Source: Nannocystales bacterium (lineage in GTDB: Bacteria > Myxococcota_A > Polyangia > Nannocystales > Nannocystaceae). From it: DNA of 64,000 nucleotides. The position numbers were made by a program, and so were the translations under genes. The notes under the pieces are model-generated. The model made no database searches. It saw only the letters and a list, made by a program, of their open reading frames with translations, and was not told the origin of the DNA. The DNA lies in contig JBOEGF010000010.1 of the NCBI GenBank assembly GCA_050633305.1, forward strand, positions 288,001 through 352,000, given 5' to 3'. Below are positions 47,168 through 56,657 of this stretch, one piece after another (positions within the stretch are counted from its first letter, which is position 1; each line of letters starts with the position of its first letter).

Positions 47168-48750
47168 CGCCTGTCGTCTCCGCACTCCTCTCGACGTTGG
47201 CGCTGGCGCCCGCGCCCGAGGCGGACGAGCCGACCACCCAGGGGCTTGGGAACTACGGTGTCTCGCTTGGCCAACGCCGAGCCAAGGTGTGGGAGATCGG
47301 CGGCTATGCCCGGATGCGCGGCGAGCTGCAGCACAACTACGACCTCGATCACGGGCCCACGCCCGGCGGCCAGCTGCTCTATCCACTGCCGCTGGGCAAC
47401 CCGAGGCGCCAACTCCTGACCCGGGCGGATATGCGTTTGCGAACGGACCTTTCCGCCCACGCGCCTCGTGGTTGGGTCTCGATGAACGTTCGCTTGGATG
47501 TTCTCGACAACTTCGCGCTGGGCTCTTCTCCCGCGGGCGTGCCTGCGGCCACGGCGACCCAGGTGTCCGGGGCGGAGGTCATCCGGGTGAAACGAGTGTT
47601 CGCGCAGGTGCTCACGCCGCTGGGCGTCATCGCGGTCGGTCGGATGGGGAACCACTGGGGCCTGGGTATGCTGGCCAACAGCGGGGACTGCTCGGGTTGC
47701 GACAGCAGCGATGCATCCGATCGCATCGCGTGGGCACTGCCTGCGTTCAAGCATGTGTTTGCGTTGGCCTACGACATCTCTGCGTCTGGCCCCTTCGTCT
47801 CCGACGCCGCCGGCACCCGTGCCATTGGAGTCGCGCCCCGGGCAGCGGTGCACTCGGTCACAGGAGCGCTCCTGCGGAGTCGCTCTCCCAACTCACTCGC
47901 GCGCCGTCGGGCCGGCGGGCGGTTGACCTTCGAGTACGGCGCCTATGGGTCTTATCGGTGGCAGAACTTGGACGTTCCGAGCACCTACCTTCCGCTGGCC
48001 AGCGCTGCGCCCGAACTCGATCGCGGCCAACTGATGATCCGCGGGTACCAGGCCGCGGCGGCCGACGGATGGCTTCGATTGACAGGCAAGTGGTTTCGGG
48101 TCGAGACCGAAGGTGCGTTCCTGTGGGCAAACGTCGAGCAGCCGTCGCTGATCCCAGGCGTGTCTCTTCCACGCCCCGCGACGTCGAGGCAGGGCGGGGT
48201 TGCGCTGGAGAATGAAGTCGGGGAAGTCAATGGGCGGTGGAGCGTGGGGCTCGATCTCGGGTTCGCCAGCGGCGATCGTGCACCAGGGTTCGGGGCGTAT
48301 CCGGCCGTCAACGGAGCCGCGCCCGTGCCTGGGGATCTCGACGGCGCACAGGCGACGCCTCCGTACGACAACGCGGTGAACAACTTTCGGTTCCACTCCG
48401 ACTACCGTGTCGATCGCATCCTCTTTCGCGAGATCATCGGCACGGTCACAGACGCAACGTACGTGCGTCCACATGCCCGGTACACGGCGTGGCGGGGGCC
48501 AACAGGGCAACTCGACATCAACCTCGCGGGCGTGTTCTCAGCCGCGGTCGAGCCAACATCGACACCGGGCCAACAGCGACCTCTCGGTGTGGAGCTCGAC
48601 CCCTCCATCGTCTTTCGCACCAACTTCGCGCTCGAGGCAGCATTCGAGCCGGCGCTCCTCATACCCCTGTCTGGCCTCGACAACGTCGCGGCTGGCTACG
48701 CCGCCAAGCCTGCGCAGCTGTACCGCGCCCGCTTGCAGTTCAACTTCTAA
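47164..48750 (+). CDS. Outer-membrane beta-barrel (TIGR04551-like myxobacterial family)
   Basis: Signal peptide; GRMGNHWGLGMLANSGDC..CD and NFRFHSDYRVDRILFREIIGTVTDA.Y.RP motifs; C-terminal LQFNF. Confidence 0.75.
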   Translation: MTPVVSALLSTLALAPAPEADEPTTQGLGNYGVSLGQRRAKVWEIGGYARMRGELQHNYDLDHGPTPGGQLLYPLPLGNPRRQLLTRADMRLRTDLSAHAPRGWVSMNVRLDVLDNFALGSSPAGVPAATATQVSGAEVIRVKRVFAQVLTPLGVIAVGRMGNHWGLGMLANSGDCSGCDSSDASDRIAWALPAFKHVFALAYDISASGPFVSDAAGTRAIGVAPRAAVHSVTGALLRSRSPNSLARRRAGGRLTFEYGAYGSYRWQNLDVPSTYLPLASAAPELDRGQLMIRGYQAAAADGWLRLTGKWFRVETEGAFLWANVEQPSLIPGVSLPRPATSRQGGVALENEVGEVNGRWSVGLDLGFASGDRAPGFGAYPAVNGAAPVPGDLDGAQATPPYDNAVNNFRFHSDYRVDRILFREIIGTVTDATYVRPHARYTAWRGPTGQLDINLAGVFSAAVEPTSTPGQQRPLGVELDPSIVFRTNFALEAAFEPALLIPLSGLDNVAAGYAAKPAQLYRARLQFNF

Positions 48751-48752
48751 CG

Positions 48753-49589
48753 ATGTCTGTCTTTCGCTCTGTGTTGCTCGCTGGCCTCGCCCTCGCAGGA
48801 TGTGATGGCAATGGTGCGCTTCCGCCGGACCGTCCGCTCTACGAAGGTGAGGATGAAGTCCCGCTGGACTGCATTCCCAACCTCGATGGTGTGATCGACG
48901 CCCACGAGCTGCCGCTGGTGCTCGGCGCTGAGGTCACGTACCTCGTGTCTCCTCCCGGAGAGCTTCGAACCGTCGATATCGAAGGAGCAGGGGAGAGCAC
49001 GACGCGGGGTTGGGACTGGTCGGTCGACCTGGCCGACGATCAACTCGCGCGCATCTCCGCCTTCTCCACCGAGGAGCGCTGGTACGCCGACCGTTTTCCC
49101 CCCGATGCTTTCGTGGCCCCCTTTGACGACGGCGGAAGTACGGAGACCATCTCGCGTCGGGACGACGACGGACTCTACGTCCTTGGGATTGCCTCGCGTG
49201 AGTCGGACCCACCGACCGGCCGAACACTGCTGATCTACGACGAGCCGATCCCGTTGATCCGGTTTCCCGTCGAGACGGGCACGAAATACTCGTCCTCTGC
49301 GAACGTGCAGGATGCGGTCTTTCACGGGATCCCGTACGCCGCCCGGGACACGTACGAGGTTGAGGTCTCGGCGGTGGGCGAGCTGCGGCTGCCCACCCTT
49401 TCGTTCTCTCAGGCCCACCAAGTTCGGATTCAGCTCACCGTAGAGCCTGCGCTGGGGGAGACCACCTCGGTTCGACAAGTCAGCTACTTCTTCGAATGCT
49501 TCGGAGAGGTCGCACGCGCCACCAGCCAGCTGGACGAGCCTGACCCCAACTTCACCGAGGCCGCCGAAGTGCGACGCCTTGGCTACTGA
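48753..49589 (+). CDS. Lipoprotein B of the PHA operon (paralog of A)
   Basis: Lipobox LAGC; CIPNLDGVIDAHE; C-terminal ECFGEV...FTEAAEVRRL matches ECVGTV...FTQVAEVRRI of lipoprotein A. Confidence 0.75.
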   Translation: MSVFRSVLLAGLALAGCDGNGALPPDRPLYEGEDEVPLDCIPNLDGVIDAHELPLVLGAEVTYLVSPPGELRTVDIEGAGESTTRGWDWSVDLADDQLARISAFSTEERWYADRFPPDAFVAPFDDGGSTETISRRDDDGLYVLGIASRESDPPTGRTLLIYDEPIPLIRFPVETGTKYSSSANVQDAVFHGIPYAARDTYEVEVSAVGELRLPTLSFSQAHQVRIQLTVEPALGETTSVRQVSYFFECFGEVARATSQLDEPDPNFTEAAEVRRLGY

Positions 49590-49610
49590 ACGCCGCCCAC
49601 GGAGCCCACC

Positions 49611-49910
49611 ATGAACCTCTGGAAAACCTGGAAGACCGCCTTCGACGGTTGGGAAAACAACACTGCACAGTTGCTGGACCCCATCGTCCGAAGTGCGCGG
49701 GTGTTGGAGCCCGTCGGCTCTGCGTTGAGCGCCACCATGAAGCTCAAGGCGATGACCGATCGAGTCGCGGCAGCGTGGTGGGGGGCGATCGGTTTGCCCA
49801 CGCGGCGAGATCAGGAGCGTGCGTTGCACAAGCTCAACACGCTGGAGAGCCGTATCCTCGACCTCGAGGAGCAGCTCGAGGACGCGGGTTCCGCTCGGGA
49901 GGGGAAGTGA
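49611..49910 (+). CDS. Miniature PhaE-like PHA synthase partner subunit
   Basis: GLPTRRDQERALHKLNTLESRILDLEEQL resembles the PhaE C-terminal LPTRxE coiled coil; 99 aa. Confidence 0.65.
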   Translation: MNLWKTWKTAFDGWENNTAQLLDPIVRSARVLEPVGSALSATMKLKAMTDRVAAAWWGAIGLPTRRDQERALHKLNTLESRILDLEEQLEDAGSAREGK

Positions 49911-51640
49911 TGGACGTCGCGGCATACTTGGAACTCAAGCCTGCACCCGCGATCCTGCTCGAGCGGGCGGAGACCCGCGGGGCGCAGCCTCGGTACATGC
50001 TGCCCACCGACGATGGTGGCTGGAAACCGCGGACGTGGGCCGAGCACGCGACGGCGGTTCGCGACGTCGCCGCGGCACTGGTCGAGCGTGGGTTGCATGG
50101 CACGGAGCGTGTGGCGATCTTTGCCGGGAACAGCACCGCATGGATCGAGTCCGCGCTTGGAGCCCAGGCGGCTGGTCTTGTCGTGGTCCCGATCTACCCG
50201 GCATCGACGGCGGAGCAGGCCAGCTACGTGCTCGAACACAGCGACGCGCGCGCCTTGTTCGTCGGAGGGGAGTCGCTCGTTCGCCGTGCGCTGAGAGCTT
50301 GGGAAAGCCTGGATGCTGTCGGTACGGTTGTGGTCCTCGATGACACATCCGTCACCGAGGTGCTCGATGGGATGCGAGATGAGGGAGATCGGGTCCCGTC
50401 GTCGGATTGGGTGCAGCGGAGGTTCGTCCATGTCAGCCAGCTTCGCGAGCAGGGCCGAGCAGCCCGCGTCGCCCATCCCACCCTCGTCGAGGAGCGCTTG
50501 GCGGACATCCGCATGGAAGACCCGGCGCTGATGCTCTACACCAGCGGTACGACGGGTCGCCCCAAGGGCGTGCCGCTCTCGCATCAGAACATCGGGGTCA
50601 ATGCCCGGGACTGGGTCGTCAACAACGGGCCCGCGCTTCCTGAAGATGGAGTGGATGTGCTGTGGCTCCCCATGAGCCACATCTTCGGGTTCGGTGAGGC
50701 GTGTCTGGGGAACAACCTCGGTTTCACGTCCTACCTCTGCAACCCCAAGCAGGTGATGGATGTTCTCCCGACGGTCCGGCCGAATGTCTTCATGAGCGTG
50801 CCCGCCTACTGGGAGAAACTCGCTGGTTCGTCTATCGGGATCGAGGACGACGCGGCGGCCAAACAGGCGTTGAGCGAGGCCACGGGCGGTCGCCTTCGCT
50901 TCTGTCTTTCTGGGGGCGCCGGTCTCAGCATTCCCGTCAAGGAGCACTACAAGCGCTGCGGAGTGCTCATCATCGAGGGCTACGGGCTCACGGAGTGCTC
51001 ACCAACCCTCACGCTCAACCGTCCCGCCGACTATCGTTTCGACTCGGTGGGGAAGCCGCTGCCTTCCGTTGAACTCGAACTCGCCCCCGATGGAGAGATC
51101 TTGGCCCGGGGCCCGAGCGTGTTTGGTGGCTACCACAAGGACCCGGGCGCGACGGCGGCCGCATTCGACGACAACGGCTGGTTCAAGACCGGTGACATTG
51201 GACGTTGGACGGAAGACGGCTTCTTACAGATCGTCGACCGCAAGAAGGAAATCCTGGTCACGGCAGGTGGAAAAAACGTGCCTCCTGCCAACATCGAGCG
51301 CTTGTTCGCGAGCGATCCGCTCTTCGCCCATGTGGTCGTCTATGGCGATGGCCGGAAGTACCTCGTTGCAGGTGTGTGGCTCGACACCGAAGTGCTCGCC
51401 GAACGTCTCGCCGCGATGGCAGCGGCGCCCGACGACGCCGCAGCTCGAGAATCGCTGGTGCAGGCCGCAGTGGACGCGGCCAACGCGAAACTGGCCCGCT
51501 TCGAACAGATCAAGCGCTTCCGAGTCATGGAGCGCCCGCTGAGCGTCGAGGAGGGGCTGCTCACCAGCACCCTCAAGATCCGTCGCAAGCACATCTACAA
51601 GGCGTTCTCCGGCGCCTTTGAGGGGCTCTACGCGTCATGA
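49910..51640 (+). CDS. Long-chain fatty acid-CoA ligase (FadD15-like)
   Basis: YTSGTTGRPKG, EGYGLTE, WFKTGDIG, DRKKEILVTAGGKNV and LTSTLK motifs. TGATG overlap with the upstream gene. Confidence 0.9.
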   Translation: MDVAAYLELKPAPAILLERAETRGAQPRYMLPTDDGGWKPRTWAEHATAVRDVAAALVERGLHGTERVAIFAGNSTAWIESALGAQAAGLVVVPIYPASTAEQASYVLEHSDARALFVGGESLVRRALRAWESLDAVGTVVVLDDTSVTEVLDGMRDEGDRVPSSDWVQRRFVHVSQLREQGRAARVAHPTLVEERLADIRMEDPALMLYTSGTTGRPKGVPLSHQNIGVNARDWVVNNGPALPEDGVDVLWLPMSHIFGFGEACLGNNLGFTSYLCNPKQVMDVLPTVRPNVFMSVPAYWEKLAGSSIGIEDDAAAKQALSEATGGRLRFCLSGGAGLSIPVKEHYKRCGVLIIEGYGLTECSPTLTLNRPADYRFDSVGKPLPSVELELAPDGEILARGPSVFGGYHKDPGATAAAFDDNGWFKTGDIGRWTEDGFLQIVDRKKEILVTAGGKNVPPANIERLFASDPLFAHVVVYGDGRKYLVAGVWLDTEVLAERLAAMAAAPDDAAARESLVQAAVDAANAKLARFEQIKRFRVMERPLSVEEGLLTSTLKIRRKHIYKAFSGAFEGLYAS

Positions 51641-52695
51641 TGAAGGGCGTCTTCAACTTGGCGCGGCGGGCCAAACACGGGCTGCCCGACGTCGGTCAAA
51701 CTCCAGCGGATGTCGTGCACGCGGAGAACAAGTGGTCGTTGCTTCGCTACCGCCCTGGGCCCGACGGGCTCGCGCCCGGCCGCCCCATCGTGTTGGTACC
51801 CTCGCTCATCAATCGGCACTACGTGCTCGACTTGATGCCCTCGAAGAGCTTTGTCGAGTTCCTCGTCGATCAAGGCCGGGACGTCTACATCATCGACTGG
51901 GGGACGCCGACCGCCGAGGACCGGTTCGTCACCTTCGACGACATCGCAGACCGAATCCTGCACCGCGCGTTTCGTGTTGCGGCGAAACTCTCCGGGAGCC
52001 CCGATGTCCACGTGTTGGGGTACTGCCTCGGGGGCACCCTCACTGCGATTCACGCTGCGGTCCGGCCGGCGCGCGTCGCCACCCTCACCGTGTTGGCTGC
52101 CCCCGTCGATTTCCACGACGACGGCCCGTTGTCGCAGTGGACCAACACGAAGAGCTTCGATCTCGATGCGCTGGTGTCCGCGACCGGGCTCGTGCCGTGG
52201 CCGCTCATGCAGGCAGCCTTCTACTTGCTTCGGCCGACGATGATCCTGTCCAAGGGAGTCACGCTTGCTGATCGGGCATGGAACGACGAATTTCTCGACG
52301 GGTTCCTGGCGATTGAGCGATGGGGGAACGACAACGTTTCGTTTCCAGGCGAGTGCTACAAGCGCTACATCGGTCGGCTCTACCGGGACAACGCGCTGAT
52401 CCGTGATGCGTTCTCACTCAGCGGCGAGCGTGTTTCGTTGTCCAACATCATGTGCCCCGTCCATGCCGTCACGTTCGGCCACGACAACATCGTCCCCTGG
52501 CGGAGCGCTGCCAAACTCGTGGACGTTGTGGGGACGCAGGACAAGAAGCACTTGCACCTTCCCGGGGGCCATGTGGGGGCCGTGGTATCCAAGAAGGCCC
52601 GGCACAAGCTGTGGCCCGAGCTACTGGGGTGGTGGGAGGAGAGAGACGGTGGCCCCGCAGTGCGCTCGGTCTCGGTTGACGCCGCTGGGAGCTGA
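51637..52695 (+). CDS. phaC: Class III-type PHA synthase catalytic subunit
   Basis: VGQTP, SLINRHYVLDL, DWGTP, lipase box GYCLGG, HDNIVP (Asp) and GGHVG (His); 352 aa. Confidence 0.85.
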   Translation: MMKGVFNLARRAKHGLPDVGQTPADVVHAENKWSLLRYRPGPDGLAPGRPIVLVPSLINRHYVLDLMPSKSFVEFLVDQGRDVYIIDWGTPTAEDRFVTFDDIADRILHRAFRVAAKLSGSPDVHVLGYCLGGTLTAIHAAVRPARVATLTVLAAPVDFHDDGPLSQWTNTKSFDLDALVSATGLVPWPLMQAAFYLLRPTMILSKGVTLADRAWNDEFLDGFLAIERWGNDNVSFPGECYKRYIGRLYRDNALIRDAFSLSGERVSLSNIMCPVHAVTFGHDNIVPWRSAAKLVDVVGTQDKKHLHLPGGHVGAVVSKKARHKLWPELLGWWEERDGGPAVRSVSVDAAGS

Positions 52696-52720
52696 GATCG
52701 AGGCAGGGTAGTCTCCGCTG

Positions 52721-53755
52721 ATGCGGCACAGTGCGTTCGGCATCTCGGTAGCGTTGGGCATGCTCCTCGCGTGCGACGGCGGAGACAAGCAGGCTCCAGC
52801 GAAGCCGACGGTGAAACCCGCCAAGGCTGTGGAGTCCAAAGCGGGGAGCCACGAGGAGCCCACGGCCGCAGCCGAGCCGGTGGTCAAGGTCATCCGGCCA
52901 CAGGACGAGCAGCCGAACGCCGCGGATGCACCCCCTTCAGAAAAACTCGCGGACTTGGTCGCAGCGGAACCCGGTCAAGCCTACGGCCAGGTCCTCGTGC
53001 AAGCCCGCTCCGAAGAAAACCACATCGCGGAGCTGACGGTCGTCCGGGCCGAAGGTGTCAAAGCCCGGAGCGGCTCGGTGCGCTATACGGCCGAGCCACG
53101 TGTGGTCGTGGCGAAGGCCAAGACGATCGTGCACGAGGCGAACCTTCTGGGCACCGGGATCTCGATCGACATCGATGGTGACGGAAAGACGAACGCCAAG
53201 ATCCCGACGAAATGCGACGGTGGTGCGGCCGTCCTCGAAACCCAACCTCCACTTCGCCTCGAACCTGTGACGGAGCTATCGGATGCGGTCGCACGCTTTG
53301 ACTATGGCAAAGCCGATGCCCATGTTCTTGCAAACGAGGGGGCCGGCGCACTGCTGTACGCCCCGTGCGACAAGCAGACCCTCATCCTCGGCCTCGATCC
53401 GTCAGGCCCGCTGAAGATGCATGAGGTCCCCAGTCCCGCGGCATTCGTCGTGTACCGGGTGGCGGTTGAGTCTGCCGAGACCGAGGACCCCTTCACGTTG
53501 CAGAAGGTCAACAGCGGCGAAACGGAGGTTGAACACGACCTGTACTCGTTCCGAGAGGTCTCGGTCGAAGCGGACGAGGTCAAGGTCTACGCAGCCCATC
53601 TCGTCGTGTTCGCGCTCGACCCCGAACCCGCGCTGCAGCATGTGACGCTGGAGATCGCCGGGGAGAAGCCAGAGTTCATCACCGCTTCGGTCAACGAAGT
53701 CGACGGCGATGGCCAGCGTATTCGGTACGCCGACGGCTTCAAGCCGTTCCGCTGA
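52721..53755 (+). CDS. Lipoprotein, hypothetical
   Basis: Lipobox LLAC; DIDGDG loop. Confidence 0.7.
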   Translation: MRHSAFGISVALGMLLACDGGDKQAPAKPTVKPAKAVESKAGSHEEPTAAAEPVVKVIRPQDEQPNAADAPPSEKLADLVAAEPGQAYGQVLVQARSEENHIAELTVVRAEGVKARSGSVRYTAEPRVVVAKAKTIVHEANLLGTGISIDIDGDGKTNAKIPTKCDGGAAVLETQPPLRLEPVTELSDAVARFDYGKADAHVLANEGAGALLYAPCDKQTLILGLDPSGPLKMHEVPSPAAFVVYRVAVESAETEDPFTLQKVNSGETEVEHDLYSFREVSVEADEVKVYAAHLVVFALDPEPALQHVTLEIAGEKPEFITASVNEVDGDGQRIRYADGFKPFR

Positions 53756-53834
53756 GAGACCGGCCTTCGGGTCCCCGCGCAGCTCCAGCCCGCGCAGACG
53801 TGACAACGAAGGCGCAGTAGCCTACCTACAGAGG

Positions 53835-54344
53835 GTGAAGGTTCTCGGACGGTTGCTGGTCGCCCTTGCTCTCGTTGTCGCGTGTTCCGCGGGAGGGCCC
53901 CGTCTGGCGGAGGGCGCCCAAGCTCCTGCGCTGAAGGCACAGGCTCACGACGGTACCGCGGTCGACCTCTCGAAGCTCGATGGCAACCCCACCCTCGTTT
54001 TCTTCTATCCGAAAGACGGAACGCCGGGGTGCACGAAGGAAGCCTGCGCGTTTCGAGACGTGTGGGACGACTACCAGGCCGCGGGCGTGACCATTGTCGG
54101 GGTCTCCGCGGACTCTGCGGAGTCCCACAAGTCCTTCGCCGCCGAACATGGGCTGCCGTTTCCGCTGGTCGCCGATGAGGAAGGGACTTGGGCGAAGGCG
54201 TTCGGTGTTGACACCACGTTGGGTATGACGAGCCGCGAGAGCTTCTTGATCGGTCCGGGAGGAACCGTCGCAAAGGTCTATCCAGGCGTGGATCCCGGGG
54301 TGCACGCCGCCGAAGTCCTCAACGATGCGCGCTCTCTGCAATGA
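53835..54344 (+). CDS. bcp: BCP/PrxQ peroxiredoxin with lipoprotein signal
   Basis: FYPKDGTPGCTKEACAFRD and GVSAD..SH..F motifs; signal ends in VVAC. Start placed at GTG 53835. Confidence 0.85.
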   Translation: MKVLGRLLVALALVVACSAGGPRLAEGAQAPALKAQAHDGTAVDLSKLDGNPTLVFFYPKDGTPGCTKEACAFRDVWDDYQAAGVTIVGVSADSAESHKSFAAEHGLPFPLVADEEGTWAKAFGVDTTLGMTSRESFLIGPGGTVAKVYPGVDPGVHAAEVLNDARSLQ

Positions 54345-54747
54345 GCGATCGCTTGCTCGTGACTTTGAGCGGAGGTCATTCTCACTGTGCAATCCGGGGT
54401 CCAGGGCCACCTCGCGGGGCCTGGTGCGTCCCAGCGGAAAGAGAACGAGCCGCACACCAAGGGGCATAGGCGCGAGGGCAACGTCTGTGGGCCTCGCCGG
54501 GAGTTACTGGACGGATCTTCAATCGGCTACCCGATGGATCCGGGGGAGACGGACCACGACCTGGGGGGAAGCCGACCACGGTCTGTGCCCCTAAGGGACG
54601 GGCCGATGCGTGGGGCGATTCGCTACGCCGCCCGGTCTCGACTGTTCCAATGTGAGTCGCCTTTGGAGTGGTCCGTTCGCGCTCGCGGCCGCCGCAATCG
54701 CGCGATTGTGGGCTGCGCCCGATTGGTCCAAAATCTCGACGTCTCTA

Positions 54748-55770
54748 ATGACCGACCGCTCGACGAAGCACCCATCGGAGGTTGACGACCTTCTGGCGCC
54801 GCCGCCGTTCGGAGTTGCTGAAACCACCGGGGACCAGCTGCTTCCGATCGCGACCTCGATGGAGCAAGTGCTCGATGAGGATCAGGGTTCTCTCGCCGAG
54901 CCCGAACCACAACGCGAGCCGATCACCACGGCGGCTCCGGAGCCGAAAGCGCCGCCGAGTCAGCCGACTCCGCTCGCGCCGGCGGCCGCGATCGCAGCCG
55001 CATCCACCGAACCGCCGGCTGGTTCGGGCCGCACTTTGATGGTCGCCGCCGTCGCCGTTCTCTTGCTCGGAGCGGCCGTGTTCGCCTGGATGCGCGGCGG
55101 TGGCGACGTCGTTCAGCCGCACTCCGATGCACCCAGGGCGGGCGCCGTGGCTTCGGCCGCAGATGGCACCCCAGACACCATTCCAGCGCACCCTGTGGGG
55201 GATTCGGCGGGCGACGCTGGTGCCGCTGACCCTCCTCCTTCTGCGCCGGCGGTAGCCCCTTTGCCGACCGAGCTCGACGAGCTCCGGAAGCTCTCCTTCG
55301 AGGCTCGTCATGCGGGGTTGGCAAGTGCGCCGGGGGACGTTCCGGTCGAACTGCATGTCGGCCTCGATCTGGTTCAGGCGCAACAGAGTGAAGAACCGTG
55401 TCGAACCTTTTCGGACGCGCTGTCGATCATTGAGTCGAGTGAGGATCCCGAGGCGTTCAAGTGGGCGCTCGACGAAGCGAGCATTCCGACGGACGACGTT
55501 GCTCCGAGCTGCGGGGGTCTGGCGAAACGGCTGGCTGCGGCACGAGGTGCGAGCGGCGAAGTCGACAAGCCTCGGCCCCGTTCTCGTCCCAGTCGAAGTA
55601 AACCGCGCTCGAAGCCTCGGCCCTCGCGCCCCACTCGCGTGGCGGACTCGACTCCGCCCGCGAAGTCCGCAGACAAGGCTGAGCCTGCGAAGCCAAGTCC
55701 TCCGCCCGCGCGGGAACCACCCAGTGTTGCTACCAAGCTCGACGACGACCTCCGAGGTCTTGGAGAATGA
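54748..55770 (+). CDS. Single-TM protein sharing its periplasmic domain with the pseudokinase
   Basis: LDLVQA..EPCRTFSDAL..PSCGGL..SVATKLDDDLRGL. Start placed at ATG 54748. Confidence 0.7.
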   Translation: MTDRSTKHPSEVDDLLAPPPFGVAETTGDQLLPIATSMEQVLDEDQGSLAEPEPQREPITTAAPEPKAPPSQPTPLAPAAAIAAASTEPPAGSGRTLMVAAVAVLLLGAAVFAWMRGGGDVVQPHSDAPRAGAVASAADGTPDTIPAHPVGDSAGDAGAADPPPSAPAVAPLPTELDELRKLSFEARHAGLASAPGDVPVELHVGLDLVQAQQSEEPCRTFSDALSIIESSEDPEAFKWALDEASIPTDDVAPSCGGLAKRLAAARGASGEVDKPRPRSRPSRSKPRSKPRPSRPTRVADSTPPAKSADKAEPAKPSPPPAREPPSVATKLDDDLRGLGE

Positions 55771-56636
55771 TCATGTACGGCCAGTTCAAACAATTCTTGC
55801 TCGGTCTCACCACGGCAGCTTCGGTTGCCGGGGCGCCCCTCGTGGCCTACGCCGAGCCTCCGCCCGATCCCCCAACGAACGCTTCGGAAGGGGAACTCGA
55901 GCGCGCGAAGGAACTGTTCGAGAACGGGAAGGGCCTGTACGCAGAAGGAAGTTACAGCGCCGCGATCGCAGCGTTCCGTCAGGCCTACGCCCTCTCTGGC
56001 GACCCGGTGTTGCTCTACAACATCGCCTTGGCCCACGACCGCGGGGGTGAGTTTGACGAAGCCCTCGAGTATCTGGGCTACTACCGGGCGTACGCGCCTC
56101 AGAGCGAGCGAGATGCACTCTCCGAGAAGGAAGACAGCCTGCGGAAGCGGAAACTTCGCGCTCAGACCGAGGAGGAAACTGCAACAGCACCGGCGAACGA
56201 ACCGGCGGAGGACGACGTGGCTGAGGTGCCGCCGCCACCGAGTGCTTCGGTTTCGGATACCGGTCCCACCGATGACGTGGCGAAGCCACGGCAGAAAATC
56301 TTCACGGCTCCCGTGTGGGTCATGACCGGTGTGACGGTCGCCGCGCTCGGTGTCGGGACGGGTCTCGGGGTGACAGCACTGAGTCGCAAGGACGACGCGG
56401 ATGCGCTCTGCACCGGAGACGGAATGGGCGGAACCGTCTGCCCGGAAACATCTGAGTCCGATGCCGACTCCGGTCGCCGGATGGCTCTGGGCGCCGACGT
56501 GGCGTTCGGGATCGGAGCTGTTGCAGGGGTGGTCGCGATTGCTCTCATCGCTCGCAACGCCTCGCGTCGCAAGAAGAGTCGGACCGCGACGTTGGTGCCT
56601 CGCTCCCGTGGAGCGGGGATTCAACTCCGCTTCTAA
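55767..56636 (+). CDS. Secreted/membrane TPR protein (myxobacterial type)
   Basis: Signal peptide; AKELFENG..LY..G.Y..A..AF.QAY..SGDPVLLYNIA; C-terminal hydrophobic hairpin ending in LRF. Confidence 0.8.
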   Translation: MIMYGQFKQFLLGLTTAASVAGAPLVAYAEPPPDPPTNASEGELERAKELFENGKGLYAEGSYSAAIAAFRQAYALSGDPVLLYNIALAHDRGGEFDEALEYLGYYRAYAPQSERDALSEKEDSLRKRKLRAQTEEETATAPANEPAEDDVAEVPPPPSASVSDTGPTDDVAKPRQKIFTAPVWVMTGVTVAALGVGTGLGVTALSRKDDADALCTGDGMGGTVCPETSESDADSGRRMALGADVAFGIGAVAGVVAIALIARNASRRKKSRTATLVPRSRGAGIQLRF

Positions 56637-56657
56637 GCGACAGACCCAACGTGAGAG

